A stretch of DNA of 34,592 nt. It comes from Octopus bimaculoides. Lineage: Eukaryota. The translations under genes and the position numbers were made by a program. Under the pieces are notes generated by a model, which saw only the letters and a program-made list of their open reading frames with translations, did no database searches and was not told the origin of the DNA. The stretch is from positions 66,486,022-66,520,613 of the forward strand of contig NC_068982.1 in assembly GCF_001194135.2 (NCBI RefSeq), read 5' to 3'. Of this stretch, positions 1 to 10,765 are shown piece after piece (within the stretch, counting starts at the first letter, position 1; each line of letters opens with the position of its first letter).

Positions 1-1279
1 TATATAACCAAAACATAAATTACAATGAATATCCTTGTGAGAGGAGAAATATTTTTTTAAGGGAAACTACATTGAGGTAAATATGAAGGAAGTGTAAACA
101 CCAATGAGCCATAGATATAAAGTATTGCTCCTTCTCTCTGTCCCTTAGTTTCTATCCAGATTTAAGACTGCGTCGAGATTATTTATCAGTTATTTTAAGC
201 AACTGGATGTATGCAGGTGAAGACTTCAACAGCCTATTTCCGGTGATAGTAATTCGAGAGGATTTGGGGCAGTTAATTGTGTGTGCATGTTTGTGAAGGG
301 ATGTCTGAATGGGTACATGTGCCAATGTATTTGTATGTAGTGCGCATGTTTGAATTTATACATGTGTACATGGAGGGTGAGCTTTTGCGTGGGTGTTGGT
401 ATATATAATTATGTATGTATGTATGTATGTATGTATGTCTTTGTTTTACTATACCAGTCAACGTCGACTCCGTCTGACGCAAACAAACACTTCAGTGGAA
501 CATTTCGTGTTCGGGTATGCTTGCGTAGGTGTAAATGTATTTATTTTTCACTTAGAATTTCACAGTTTTTATTCGAGAGTCATATCGACCAAAGACAATA
601 AACCGATGGACTGTTTTCTGTGTTATATGTGTGTGTGTGTAGTGCAAAAATTTAAAAACGGATATGCGATAAAAAACAAAGAAGCGGTGTGTATTAGGTT
701 TGCGCTCATAAAAAATAGGTTACAGAAAGAAAAGACGAGGAGAGAAAAAATGGAGAGAGACAACCGTGTCTTAGACGGAGGATGGGGTGGGGCACAATGA
801 GTAAGATTTGTTGCAGTTTTGACTAAGAAAAGAAATAGATTTTTAAAAAATAAATGTTCACTGCTTTATAAAAACTATATCAACTAGGCAAATGATCGGT
901 TAATGTTCACTTTAACACCAGGCCATCAAAACAAAAAGTGAAATAGGTGTTAAAAAACGAATATGAAAACAAAAATGTGCACCATTGAACCGGAGGGTGA
1001 TGAGAGGACTTTCGGAAAATTCGCAAGATCCGATTGTTGGATCTTTTTTAAAACGGGGGCCACATTTTTCATTAACGAAACACTTTGAGACTTGGAACAC
1101 TGGTAGAATGTGTCATATAAAACATCTTTTTCTCTTAGTCTTCTTAAAAAAAAAAAAGAAATCCATAAGTTATTCCATGTGAAAGTTCTCGTATTTCTGT
1201 AATTTCAACCAATCACTGACGTCCATTCAGCCGATATACATTAAGTGCCGACTACATAAACAAACGATTCTGAAACAAT

Positions 1280-1292
1280 TAACCCTAACCCT
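1280..1292 (-). repeat. (TTAGGG)2 telomeric-type repeat abutting an assembly gap
   Basis: TAACCCTAACCCT immediately before the N run. Confidence 0.5.
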
Positions 1293-1874
1293 NNNNNNNN
1301 NNNNNNNNNNNNNNNNNNNNNNNNNNNNNNNNNNNNNNNNNNNNNNNNNNNNNNNNNNNNNNNNNNNNNNNNNNNNNNNNNNNNNNNNNNNNNNNNNNNN
1401 NNNNNNNNNNNNNNNNNNNNNNNNNNNNNNNNNNNNNNNNNNNNNNNNNNNNNNNNNNNNNNNNNNNNNNNNNNNNNNNNNNNNNNNNNNNNNNNNNNNN
1501 NNNNNNNNNNNNNNNNNNNNNNNNNNNNNNNNNNNNNNNNNNNNNNNNNNNNNNNNNNNNNNNNNNNNNNNNNNNNNNNNNNNNNNNNNNNNNNNNNNNN
1601 NNNNNNNNNNNNNNNNNNNNNNNNNNNNNNNNNNNNNNNNNNNNNNNNNNNNNNNNNNNNNNNNNNNNNNNNNNNNNNNNNNNNNNNNNNNNNNNNNNNN
1701 NNNNNNNNNNNNNNNNNNNNNNNNNNNNNNNNNNNNNNNNNNNNNNNNNNNNNNNNNNNNNNNNNNNNNNNNNNNNNNNNNNNNNNNNNNNNNNNNNNNN
1801 NNNNNNNNNNNNNNNNNNNNNNNNNNNNNNNNNNNNNNNNNNNNNNNNNNNNNNNNNNNNNNNNNNNNNNNNNN
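1293..1874. other. Assembly gap
   Basis: N run. Confidence 1.
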
Positions 1875-4061
1875 ATTTTGTTTCTCTCACTATGATACAT
1901 GGGATCTTTCTTAAAACCTTTTTCTTTTACACAAACGAAAAATAAATGAATCTAAATATTTTTTTTCAAACTTATTTCCATTACACTCAAACAAAAAAAT
2001 AATTTATGAATTTCTTTCTCTTTGAAAGTCCTCTCCCCACCCCCTCGGAAAAAAAATTCTCCACAAATTTCTTTATAATCGTAATCTATACCGTTTGAAA
2101 GGTATTTATATCAAATTTCATTGAAAGATATCCATTTTCCTAAAATCTATGAAGGAAAAAACCGTATCTTGTGAATTTTCCTCTTCCCACCTCTCCCCAC
2201 ATTTTTGTTTTTATTTATATTCGTTCGACCTTTGTGGTTTTCGTCACTGTTTTCGAATTTGGCCAATTAAGACCATAAAAAAGCTTCATCCACTCTTATT
2301 GTATGTATATATTACCTTATATTGTCCACTGTGAGGTACCAAAACATTTGACCACATCTCTGTGACTGGCCACTAACATCACTTTTTATTGGTGAGGTTT
2401 AAATGTAGTCTCTCTCCGCACATCAATTACATGTTTTGCTAAAGTTTTATCTTCTAAAATATTGTTTCATTCATAAATTGTTATTTTATATGTGATATAT
2501 GTCTCTTTCTCTCTCTCTCTCCCTCATCATCATCATTATCATCATCTTTTAACATCCATGTTCTATGCTGACATAGGTTGAATGGCTTGACAGGATCTAA
2601 CAGGTTTGATGTCAATTTTGGCATGGTTCCTACTCAAAATTAGTTTGTATATTTAAGATAAGGATGGATTGACAGATGATGGGGTGTTTCTCTGTAAAAC
2701 ACAGAAGACAACACTGTGATTCATTTGTAGATGCTTGTGCATTATTTGTTACTTCCAGAGATTTTCAATTGTGCTTTAAAGTGCAGTGGAGCTCTTCAGG
2801 TGGAAATGGGTTGTTGTGCTCATGGTTTTTGAAAAGATTTTATGTTAGCTCTATGTAACCTGATGTGTTGGTAGTAAAAAAATCTGCACATTATACAATT
2901 CTTTTTTTCAGGCATTTGGTCTTTAAAAGACAAAGACCTTTATTTCAGTAATTGCTTGCCTGCTCCTTTCATTTCACACTTATTACTTTTACTTTGCACA
3001 GTGTCAAAGAGAGGTGAGGTAAGTGATTTTATGAGTCTTTGAGAAATGCAAAACCCATGCTGGCTGATTCCTCATTCTTAGCTTTTGAATATTCTGTGAG
3101 ATATTCACAAATTTATTAACAATATCATATATGGTTTACAAGTGCACATATACTCAAAATGATGCTGAGTTGGTACTTTTGTTAATATACAAAACACATA
3201 CATACATATACACACACATAATCACACACACACAATGCAAGAGCAATGGAATAAGTATAAGACAAAGTAACGAGATTAAATTAAATGACTTTTCAATGCA
3301 GTGTCCCATCCTGGATACAGTTCAGTGATGAAGATCAATAAAAGAATAAAAAGACTAACTTGAAATAATAGAAAAAATTCAGTATTATGTGTATTATCAA
3401 TATTACTTTTATTTGATAATTATTTTGTTTGACGTTCGATGTTTTGGCAGACAGTGGGATGTTAAGAATGTGTGTTGATGAGTATGTTTACAAAGAGTAT
3501 ATGGGTTCAATTTCAAATTAATCCAGTCAAAGCAGTTTGTTCACTTGCTATATGCTCACTGGGTTACTTCAAGTTATGTATTTCACTGGGTTATTTCTAG
3601 CTGTATATTGTCTGTCCTCGTGGAATATTCATTAAAACAAACACATATATGAACTGAAAAGTAAACATATCGTTTGTAAACACTTTATAGACAATTCACT
3701 ATATTATACATAAATGATAACACACTACTTACTTCATCTGAGCACACCACACTAAATCATAACATACCTGATTCATTATATTTATATATCAATGGTAACA
3801 CACCAATAACTTCATCTTAATACACAATATTATACTATAACATACCATATACACACATACATACGTTAAGATCACCAGCATTCTCTCTCTCACACACACA
3901 CAGCTTCTCGTATTTGGATCACCGCTTCTTTCCCCTTTTGTTATCTCCCCTTTTTCTTAGCTCTCCTGTGAGAACTTTCTGTCCGGCAGTCGCCATGATA
4001 GATCGCTGACCACAACATTCAATTTTTTTTCTCCGTGTTTTTCTCCTTGTTTTCTCCTTAT

Positions 4062-4098
4062 TCTTTCTGTTGAAGAGCGTAGCTCGAAACGTTAAAGA
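4062..4098 (+). ncRNA. Minimal hammerhead-like motif with variant core, in a PLE-like terminal repeat (~3870-4190)
   Basis: TCTTT CTGTTGA A GAGC-gta-GCTC GAAAC GTT AAAGA. Stems I and II pair perfectly; A6 is replaced by U. Confidence 0.55.
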
Positions 4099-4639
4099 CT
4101 TTCTCTATTTCTGAGCGTTAAACTAATACATCCTTTTGTTGTTTACACCACCTGTCCTCGTCTGTTGTTGTTTTTTTCGTAAATTCTCCCATACTATACT
4201 ACACCCTAGCCCAATATCGTATCTCACAATATAACATTTTAACCAGACAAACATAGCAGCCAAATCTTATACAAATCACATTCTACTGTTCGGAGAAAAG
4301 AAAGGACACAATGGATAATGTAGTTCCACTATAACTGAGAGGTCATGGTTGGAATGCTTTTAAACATAGGTCTGTTTAAGCCACAATAATACAAAGCAGA
4401 ACTTCCACTGTTGCTACTACTGCTTTTACCTCTGTTGTAGTTACAATTTCATGGAATACTGGTAGTTAAATTATTGATGTGTCACGCAACACTTATGTGC
4501 TCAACTATTGAGAGCTAGAGCTCCAAGCTCATAAACTGCCATAGGTACTGTGCTGTGTGCATAGTTAAGATGTCTGACACTTGCATGCAGAGTTAACTCA
4601 GCTTTAAATAAATGCAACACACTTAGTAGTCTCACCAAT

Positions 4640-5100
4640 TGGTTAAGATTTCTTCAAGTTAGTTGTTGCAGAGTTTGGAGATTTATGTAAGGCTGGAAAA
4701 GTTGTGCAGCAGAATCTGAAAAATGATGGGTGAATATAAATGTGATTTCATCTGTATATAAGGCTCTTTGATTGTATTATGGAGCTGTCAGAAGGTTGTA
4801 TAGGCATAGAATGAAAAGAGATGGTGAGAAAATAGATCCTTGGGTATTTTATTTGGGAAATTTCAGGTTTGGAAGTGTTGTTCTTGTACATTACATAAGG
4901 CTTGGTAGCCTGACAAATAGTGGGCTAAACAGTGTTTTGTATTGTTTCTTCTGACTTTGAGTATCTTTTTGTATGAGTGGATTGTGGGAAATAGAATTAA
5001 AAGCTTCTGATGTTGATGGTACTTAGAATGACATGTAGATATTTTGTTGTTGGTGAAGCCATTAAATATTTTCTGTGTTAGGGTTGTGAATAGTATGGTA
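4640..5100 (-). mobile_element. Highly decayed non-LTR retrotransposon RT fragment
   Basis: With frameshifts: (K)AFNSISHNPLIQK (~KAFDSVxH), LAHYLSGYQA, PQGSIFSPSLF (~PQGSVLSPxLF), YTDEIT (~YADD). Confidence 0.6.
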
Positions 5101-5103
5101 GAT

Positions 5104-5290
5104 GAATGCTGTTTAAGTTGCAGTTGCACTGGACAATACAGCTTCCAAGATGGAGGATATTGTCTCCCAAATATTGTGCTATATGATGAATGATCCACTG
5201 GCCACCATGATGGAGAAGAACCAAAGAAAATGCATGAAGAGTTTGAAGAAATCCCTTAGCACCTATCACACTGATCATCACTATTTTTGA
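5104..5290 (+). mobile_element. Decayed RTE/BovB-like LINE C-terminal fragment
   Basis: MLFKLQLHW..SKMED.CLPNIVLYDE*STGHHDGEEPKK..SLKKSLS resembles the RTE motif QLRWAGHV.RM...RLPK..LYGEL..G.R..G.PKKR.KD.LK.SL. Confidence 0.6.
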
Positions 5291-5492
5291 GTTTGTTACT
5301 TCCTTCAAAAACACATGCATGACGGACCTTGATTGAGGAAGAGCTTTAGCATAACAGCACTGATGCCAGAAAATAATTTTCCATATAGCCATTGTAGCTG
5401 GGTTTCCCTGTTCCATATTGGTTACAGCAGCCACCAGTAAATCTGCAGTTTATGTGGACAGTTTTTTCACAAATTTTTCTTTATCAATGAAC

Positions 5493-5641
5493 ACCATCAT
5501 CATCGTCATCATCATCATCATTGTCATCATCATCATCGTCATCATCATCATCATCATCATCATTGTCATCATCATCATCGTCGTCATCATCATCATCATC
5601 ATCATTGTCATCATCATCATCGTCATCATCATCATCATCAT
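5493..5641. repeat. (ATC)n microsatellite with GTC variants
   Basis: Directly visible; the source of the poly-I, poly-M and poly-D ORFs. Confidence 0.95.
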
Positions 5642-5689
5642 CAAAGTAGTGCACTAGTAGAATAATTAGAATGTCAGACAAATTGCCTA

Positions 5690-5841
5690 ACGGTATTTCT
5701 TCCAACTTATTACTTTCTCATTTCAAATTCTACTGGAGTCAACTTTGCTTTTCACCCCTTCAGGTTCAGTAAAATAAAGTACTAGTGAAGTACTGAAGTC
5801 AATGATATTGACTAACACATCTCAAAATTGCTGGCCTTGTG
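5690..5841 (+). mobile_element. SINE family A, partial copy
   Basis: GGAGTCAACTTTGCTTTTCACCCTTCAGG...AAAATTGCTGGCCTTGTGCAAAAATTCAAAATC followed by (ATT)n. Confidence 0.7.
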
Positions 5842-5858
5842 CAAAAATTCAAAATCAA

Positions 5859-5859
<1 letters not shown>

Positions 5860-5931
<72 letters not shown>

Positions 5932-5933
5932 AT
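5860..5933. repeat. Compound (ATT)n(GTT)n microsatellite
   Basis: Directly visible. Other (ATT)n arrays lie at ~6755-6806, 9985-10060, 10190-10255, 10477-10517, 10737-10800 and 24787-24835. Confidence 0.95.
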
Positions 5934-5934
5934 T

Positions 5935-6486
5935 GAGTGAGAGACCAATGCATGCTATCAAAGTGACACTGGGGTACAAATATATGAGACCCAATATACC
6001 CAGCATGACTACCCATCTGATAAGGGTACACCAGGCACATACATCACAACCATATATGTGCAATATGGTGATTTCATATCAAGGTAAACAGTGCTTGACC
6101 TTGCAGGTGGGGGCCTAGTTAGAATTTTTTTCAGATCAAGTAGCCCATCCCACTCAAAAGGTCTCTGAATAGGATTTGTGTACAGCTGATGAACGAGACA
6201 CCTATGTTTCCAGAGGTGAATTATTCAAACCCCAAAGAATCCCTCTCAACATATGGCTATGATGCTGCCCTACTACCCCTGCTCATGATAAGAGATGCAC
6301 ATATAGTCAGCCACTAAGGGACATACTTAACTGGTTAAGGTCCAGCAACTGACTAGTGAATCTGTGGTATTGAGCAGAATATTTGCTGTAGCCCATCTGT
6401 TGCACCAAGACAAAACATGATAATACTTCCAATCAGTTAAGATTAGAAGCCATGAGAGCCACTGCTTGGTACAGCATTGGGGCATT
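5935..6486 (-). mobile_element. ~550-bp interspersed element, copy 1, flanked by (TTA/TTG)n
   Basis: Collinear over its whole length with 9436-9985, with the same two ends. Strand is inferred from an assumed (AAT)n 3' tail. Confidence 0.8.
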
Positions 6487-6592
6487 TATTATTATTATTA
6501 TTATTAAATTCAAATTACGACAAACGTAAACAAACAAACGAAGTTTGCTTTTAGAGGCGTTGAGATGTCTTAGAAAGTTAAAGAAGTGGTTT

Positions 6593-6744
6593 TAAATTCT
6601 CAATCGCAGGATAATGCTAATAATATAGCCTGAACAGGATAAACTACCCCTATTTTGCAGAAAAAAAGTGTAGGTGGTTAGCTGTGGACTCGAACTCACA
6701 TCTCCGTGATTACGCGTCAGCATTATCATGCGATTGAGAATTTA
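6593..6744. mobile_element. 152-bp element with 26-bp terminal inverted repeats
   Basis: TAAATTCTCAATCGCAGGATAATGCT (6593-6618) versus the reverse complement of 6719-6744: 25 of 26 match. A B-box GTTCGAGTCC lies inside on the minus strand (6686-6695). Confidence 0.6.
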
Positions 6745-6751
6745 CAATCAC

Positions 6752-6805
<54 letters not shown>

Positions 6806-6992
6806 GTATCTCTCAATGTCTTGAGCCCTTGTGACAAATGAAAAAAAAATCATTATCAATGTTATTATTATTAGCATTGTAAAATAAGAAAGAAACCCCT
6901 CAGCAGTAAGTCTCCATCAAAGACTATTTCAAAATATAAAATGGGCTAATTCAGGTAAGGTAAAACTTAAAGAAACAAAACATTTTGATTAC

Positions 6993-7123
6993 TTACTCAC
7001 AAGTGGCACCACAATTAAGTGCCATATAATTGAAGTAAGCTGTATCAGGTATACAGAACTGGCGATCCCAATTTTGGCAACAGGGGTCTTTGTCAGAACG
7101 GCAAAGTGTGAAATTAAAGGGTC
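6993..7123 (-). CDS. CAP gene probable last coding exon: ShK/ShKT-like Cys-rich domain
   Basis: Acceptor ctcttatatttAG; phase 1 start. Translates (R)PFNFTLCRSDKDPCCQNWDRQFCIPDTAYFNYMALNCGATCE*, with TAA at 6995-6993. A perfect donor T|GTGAGT at 7001/7000 allows an alternative spliced continuation. Confidence 0.85.
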
Positions 7124-8171
7124 CTAAATATAAGAGTTATACTTGTTTCATTTAAGAAAATATGAAATTTTAGTTAAATTTTAGAAGAATATAATTGTAG
7201 TGATGTAACTTCTAAAGAGAACACAAAGATTTGCCATCCGAAGAGAGGATATATTGATCTGGATCAGCACTGGTACAATCAGAAACATGGCTTAGTGTTG
7301 GACTCATGATCATAAGACTGTGGTTTTAATTCCTGGACCTGGCAATACATTGTGTTTTTGAGCAAAAACATTTCATTTCATGTTGCTCCAGTCCACTCAG
7401 CTGGCAAAAATGAGTAATCCTGCGATGGAATGGTGGAGTGCATGCACCATGGAACCTGGAAATCTGGTCCTATGAGTCTATATGACTCGGGAAGGATCTT
7501 TATCCTTTATCCTCCTTTTAAAACACAGTTTTCAGCATCATTTTGCAGATCCTCTAATAACTAGTTTAGCAAGCACAGAGTAAGATGTGCTTAGCTGAAG
7601 AGATCTAATAGACTGAAATATGTCTCATTTTGTCAATCATACTTGTCAAAATCAGATTTCAATAATATTTGCATTATTTTAATGTATTTTTAATACTTAT
7701 TAGAATTTTTATTCACTCTAAGATGCAACTAATTTGATTGCTTACACCATTATCATCATAACATCTACATTTTCATACTTGCATGGGTCAGACAAAATTT
7801 GTTGAGGCAGATTTACTATGTCTGGATGCTTGTCCTGTTGCCAAGCTTCACCTGTTTCTAAGCAAGGCGATGTTTCCCTTATGGTTGGACATGTTTTCAT
7901 GAAATTTTGAAACCAAATGACACCACTTATATGATAGTGACACTTGTTTACAAATATTGCACAATGTCAAGGCAAGGAGTTACAAACACAGAAACACACA
8001 CACATGCATGTGCACATGTGCATACACACACACACACATCCTCATCGTTGTTGTTGTTGTCGTCATCATCATTTAACCTCTATGAACTATAGTGGTCATG
8101 GGTTTTATATATATATATACACGCACATATATGCATGTATGTATGTATGTATGTATGTATGCATGTATGTA

Positions 8172-8848
8172 TGATGAGCTTCTTTCAATTCTGCTAAATT
8201 CACTCTCAAGGCTTTGGTCAACCTGAGGCTATAGCAGAAAACACTTGTCCAAGGTGCTGATTACTGTGATTAAAACCTAAAAAAAACCCACATGGTTGGG
8301 AAGTAAATTTCTTAACCACAAAGCCACACGTGTTTCTACATGTGTATGTGCTTGTGATATCCTTCATTGGTGTGGGTGCTAGTATCACATAAAAGGCACT
8401 GATGCTGGTGCCACTGAAAAGGTACTAGTGATGGTGCCACATAAAAAGCATCCAGTACACTTTGTAGAGTGGATGGTGTTAGGAAGGGCATCCAACTGTA
8501 GAAATCAAGCTAAAATAGACTATGGGACCTGGTGCAGCCCTTAGCCTTGCCAGTTCCCATCAAGCTGTCCAACCCATGCCAGCATGGAAAACAGACGTTA
8601 AATGTTGATGATGATGATGATAGATGAAGTTACTTCTCAAATAATAATAAATGAGTTTTAAAATTTAATATAAGTATATTTACCAGGTGTAGGCATTGTT
8701 CTGCACTAAGAAGTTTGCTCCCCAACCACATGGTTTTGGGTTTAGTCCCACCTTGTGTAACACCTTGGGCTAGTGTCTTCTATTATAGCCATGAATTGAT
8801 CAAAGCTATGTGAGTGAATTTCATAAATGGAAACTGAAAGAAGCCTGT
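8172..8848. mobile_element. SINE family B copies 8172-8340 (-) and 8686-8848 (+), with a family C copy at 8375-8620 (+) between them
   Basis: B: ...CCAACCACATGGTT...CTATAGCC...AAACTGAAAGAAGCC then (TA)n. C: GGAAGGGCATCCA.CTGTAGAAA...CCAACCCATGC.AGCATGGAAA...GACGTTAAA(TGA)n. Confidence 0.7.
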
Positions 8849-8850
8849 TT

Positions 8851-8892
<42 letters not shown>

Positions 8893-9135
8893 NNNNNNNN
8901 NNNNNNNNNNNNNNNNNNNNNNNNNNNNNNNNNNNNNNNNNNNNNNNNNNNNNNNNNNNNNNNNNNNNNNNNNNNNNNNNNNNNNNNNNNNNNNNNNNNN
9001 NNNNNNNNNNNNNNNNNNNNNNNNNNNNNNNNNNNNNNNNNNNNNNNNNNNNNNNNNNNNNNNNNNNNNNNNNNNNNNNNNNNNNNNNNNNNNNNNNNNN
9101 NNNNNNNNNNNNNNNNNNNNNNNNNNNNNNNNNNN
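8893..9135. other. Assembly gap inside a (TA)n array
   Basis: N run flanked by TA repeats on both sides. Confidence 1.
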
Positions 9136-9176
<41 letters not shown>

Positions 9177-9320
9177 AGAAGGACATCTGCCAAAAGAAAA
9201 TTCACAAATTTTGTCCAACCCATGCAAGCATGGAATAGTGGATGTTAAAGCAATGATGCTGATGATCATGATGTTTCCTCATCTCATTGAATTATTATTT
9301 AACCATAAAATCAAACTCAC

Positions 9321-9353
9321 GGCAGTCAGGTTCCAGTCCTGGGTCACAATATT
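9321..9353 (-). CDS. CAP gene 33-nt linker exon
   Basis: Acceptor catttaatttccAG, donor C|GTGAGT; phase 1 to 1. Translates (K)YCDPGLEPDC(R). Two Cys; the frame fits both neighbouring exons. Confidence 0.75.
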
Positions 9354-9435
9354 CTGGAAATTAAATGATAATGAGAATAAAATTAATATTACTGAGATTC
9401 CATTTATTATAATCATAATAATAATTATTATTCTT

Positions 9436-9985
9436 GAGTGAGAGAGCAGTGCCTGTCATCAAAGACACACTGGGGTAAAATATATGAAGCCCAGTTTACC
9501 CATCATTACTACCTGTTTGATAAGGGTGCATCAAGGACATGCATCACAACCATATGTGCACAAAATGGTGATCTCATATCAAGATAAACAGTGCATAACC
9601 TTGCAGGTGAGGCCCAGTTAGAATTTTCTTCAGGTTGAATAGCCAATTTCACTCAAAAGGTCCCTGAATAAGGGTTGTTTAAGGATGTTGAATGAAACAC
9701 CCATGTTTCCAAAGCTGAATTATCTAAACCCCAAAGAATTCCTTTCAACACATGGCTATGATGTTCCCCCTCTACTTCTGCTTATGATCAGAGATTCACA
9801 TATCGTCAGCCACTAAGGGACATGCTCAACTGGTTAAAGTCCAGCAACTGACTAGCGAATCTGTGGTATTGAGCAGAATATTTGCTGTAGCCCATCTGTT
9901 GCAACAAGACAAAACATGACAATATTTCCAATCGGTTAAGATCAGAAGCCATGAGAGTCACTGCCTGGTACTGCATTGGGGCATT
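9436..9985 (-). mobile_element. ~550-bp interspersed element, copy 2, flanked by AAT/TTA repeats
   Basis: Starts GAGTGAGAGA and ends GCATTGGGGCATTT(ATT)n, exactly like copy 1. Confidence 0.8.
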
Positions 9986-9993
9986 TATTATTA

Positions 9994-10051
<58 letters not shown>

Positions 10052-10060
10052 CATTATTAT

Positions 10061-10189
10061 TCCGCCGAAGTCAACTTTACTTTTCATCCTTTTGAGGTTG
10101 ATAAAATAAGTACCAGTTGAACACTGGGATCGATGTAATCAACTCATCCCCTCCCCCAAAACTGCTGCCCTTGTGGCAAAATTTGAAGC

Positions 10190-10249
<60 letters not shown>

Positions 10250-10467
10250 CATTACTAAGGCAGTGAGCTGGCAGAATCGTTAGCACACCGGGCAAAATAC
10301 TTAGCAGCATTTCACCCGTCTTTACATTCTGAGTTCAAATTCCATCTAGGTCAACTTTGCCTTTCAGCTTTTCGAGGTCACTGAAATAAATACCAATCAA
10401 GCACTGGGGTCAAAGTTATTGACTAGCCCCCCCTTCCCCAGAACTGGAGGCTTTTAGTACAAAGAGT

Positions 10468-10515
<48 letters not shown>

Positions 10516-10733
10516 TACTATTAAGGTGGTGAACTGGCAGAATTGTTAACATGCTGGGCAAAATGCTTAGTGGCATTTCATGTTTTAATGTTCCAATTTA
10601 AAATTCCGCTGAGATCGATTTTGCCTTTCATCCTTTCAGGGTTGATGAAATAAGTGCCAGTTGAGCACTGAGGTTGATGTAATCAACTAGCCCCCTTCCC
10701 TAAATTTCAGGCCTTGTGCCCACTGTAGAAAGG

Positions 10734-10735
<2 letters not shown>
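10061..10735 (+). mobile_element. Three tandem copies of SINE family A (10061-10190, 10257-10470, 10523-10735) separated by (ATT)n/(AAT)n
   Basis: Head GG(C/T)GG(C/T)GA.CTGGCAGAAT.GTTA, B box GAGTTCAAATTCC, body GGT..ACTTTGCCTTTCA, ATT tails. Confidence 0.8.

Positions 10736-10765
<30 letters not shown>

Noticed and set aside
1241-1900. Long ORFs spanning N runs (also 8783-9441 and 24849-26051)
   Set aside because: Artefacts of assembly gaps.
2690-2860. Possible extra last exon (C-YIELT*) for the CAP gene
   Set aside because: Weak acceptor; another frame (NNPFPPEELH..LK..KS) looks like a decayed LINE; the in-frame stop at 6993 already completes a six-Cys domain.
5418-6118. Poly-I, poly-M, poly-D, poly-N and poly-L ORFs; similar IY/HT/VC-repeat ORFs elsewhere
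   Set aside because: Translations of ATC, ATT, TA, CA and CATA microsatellites, open in several frames with no domain content.
7595-7624. CTGAAGA GATCT-aat-AGACT GAAA TATGTC hammerhead-like string
   Set aside because: Stem II closing pairs are broken and no stem I partner exists.
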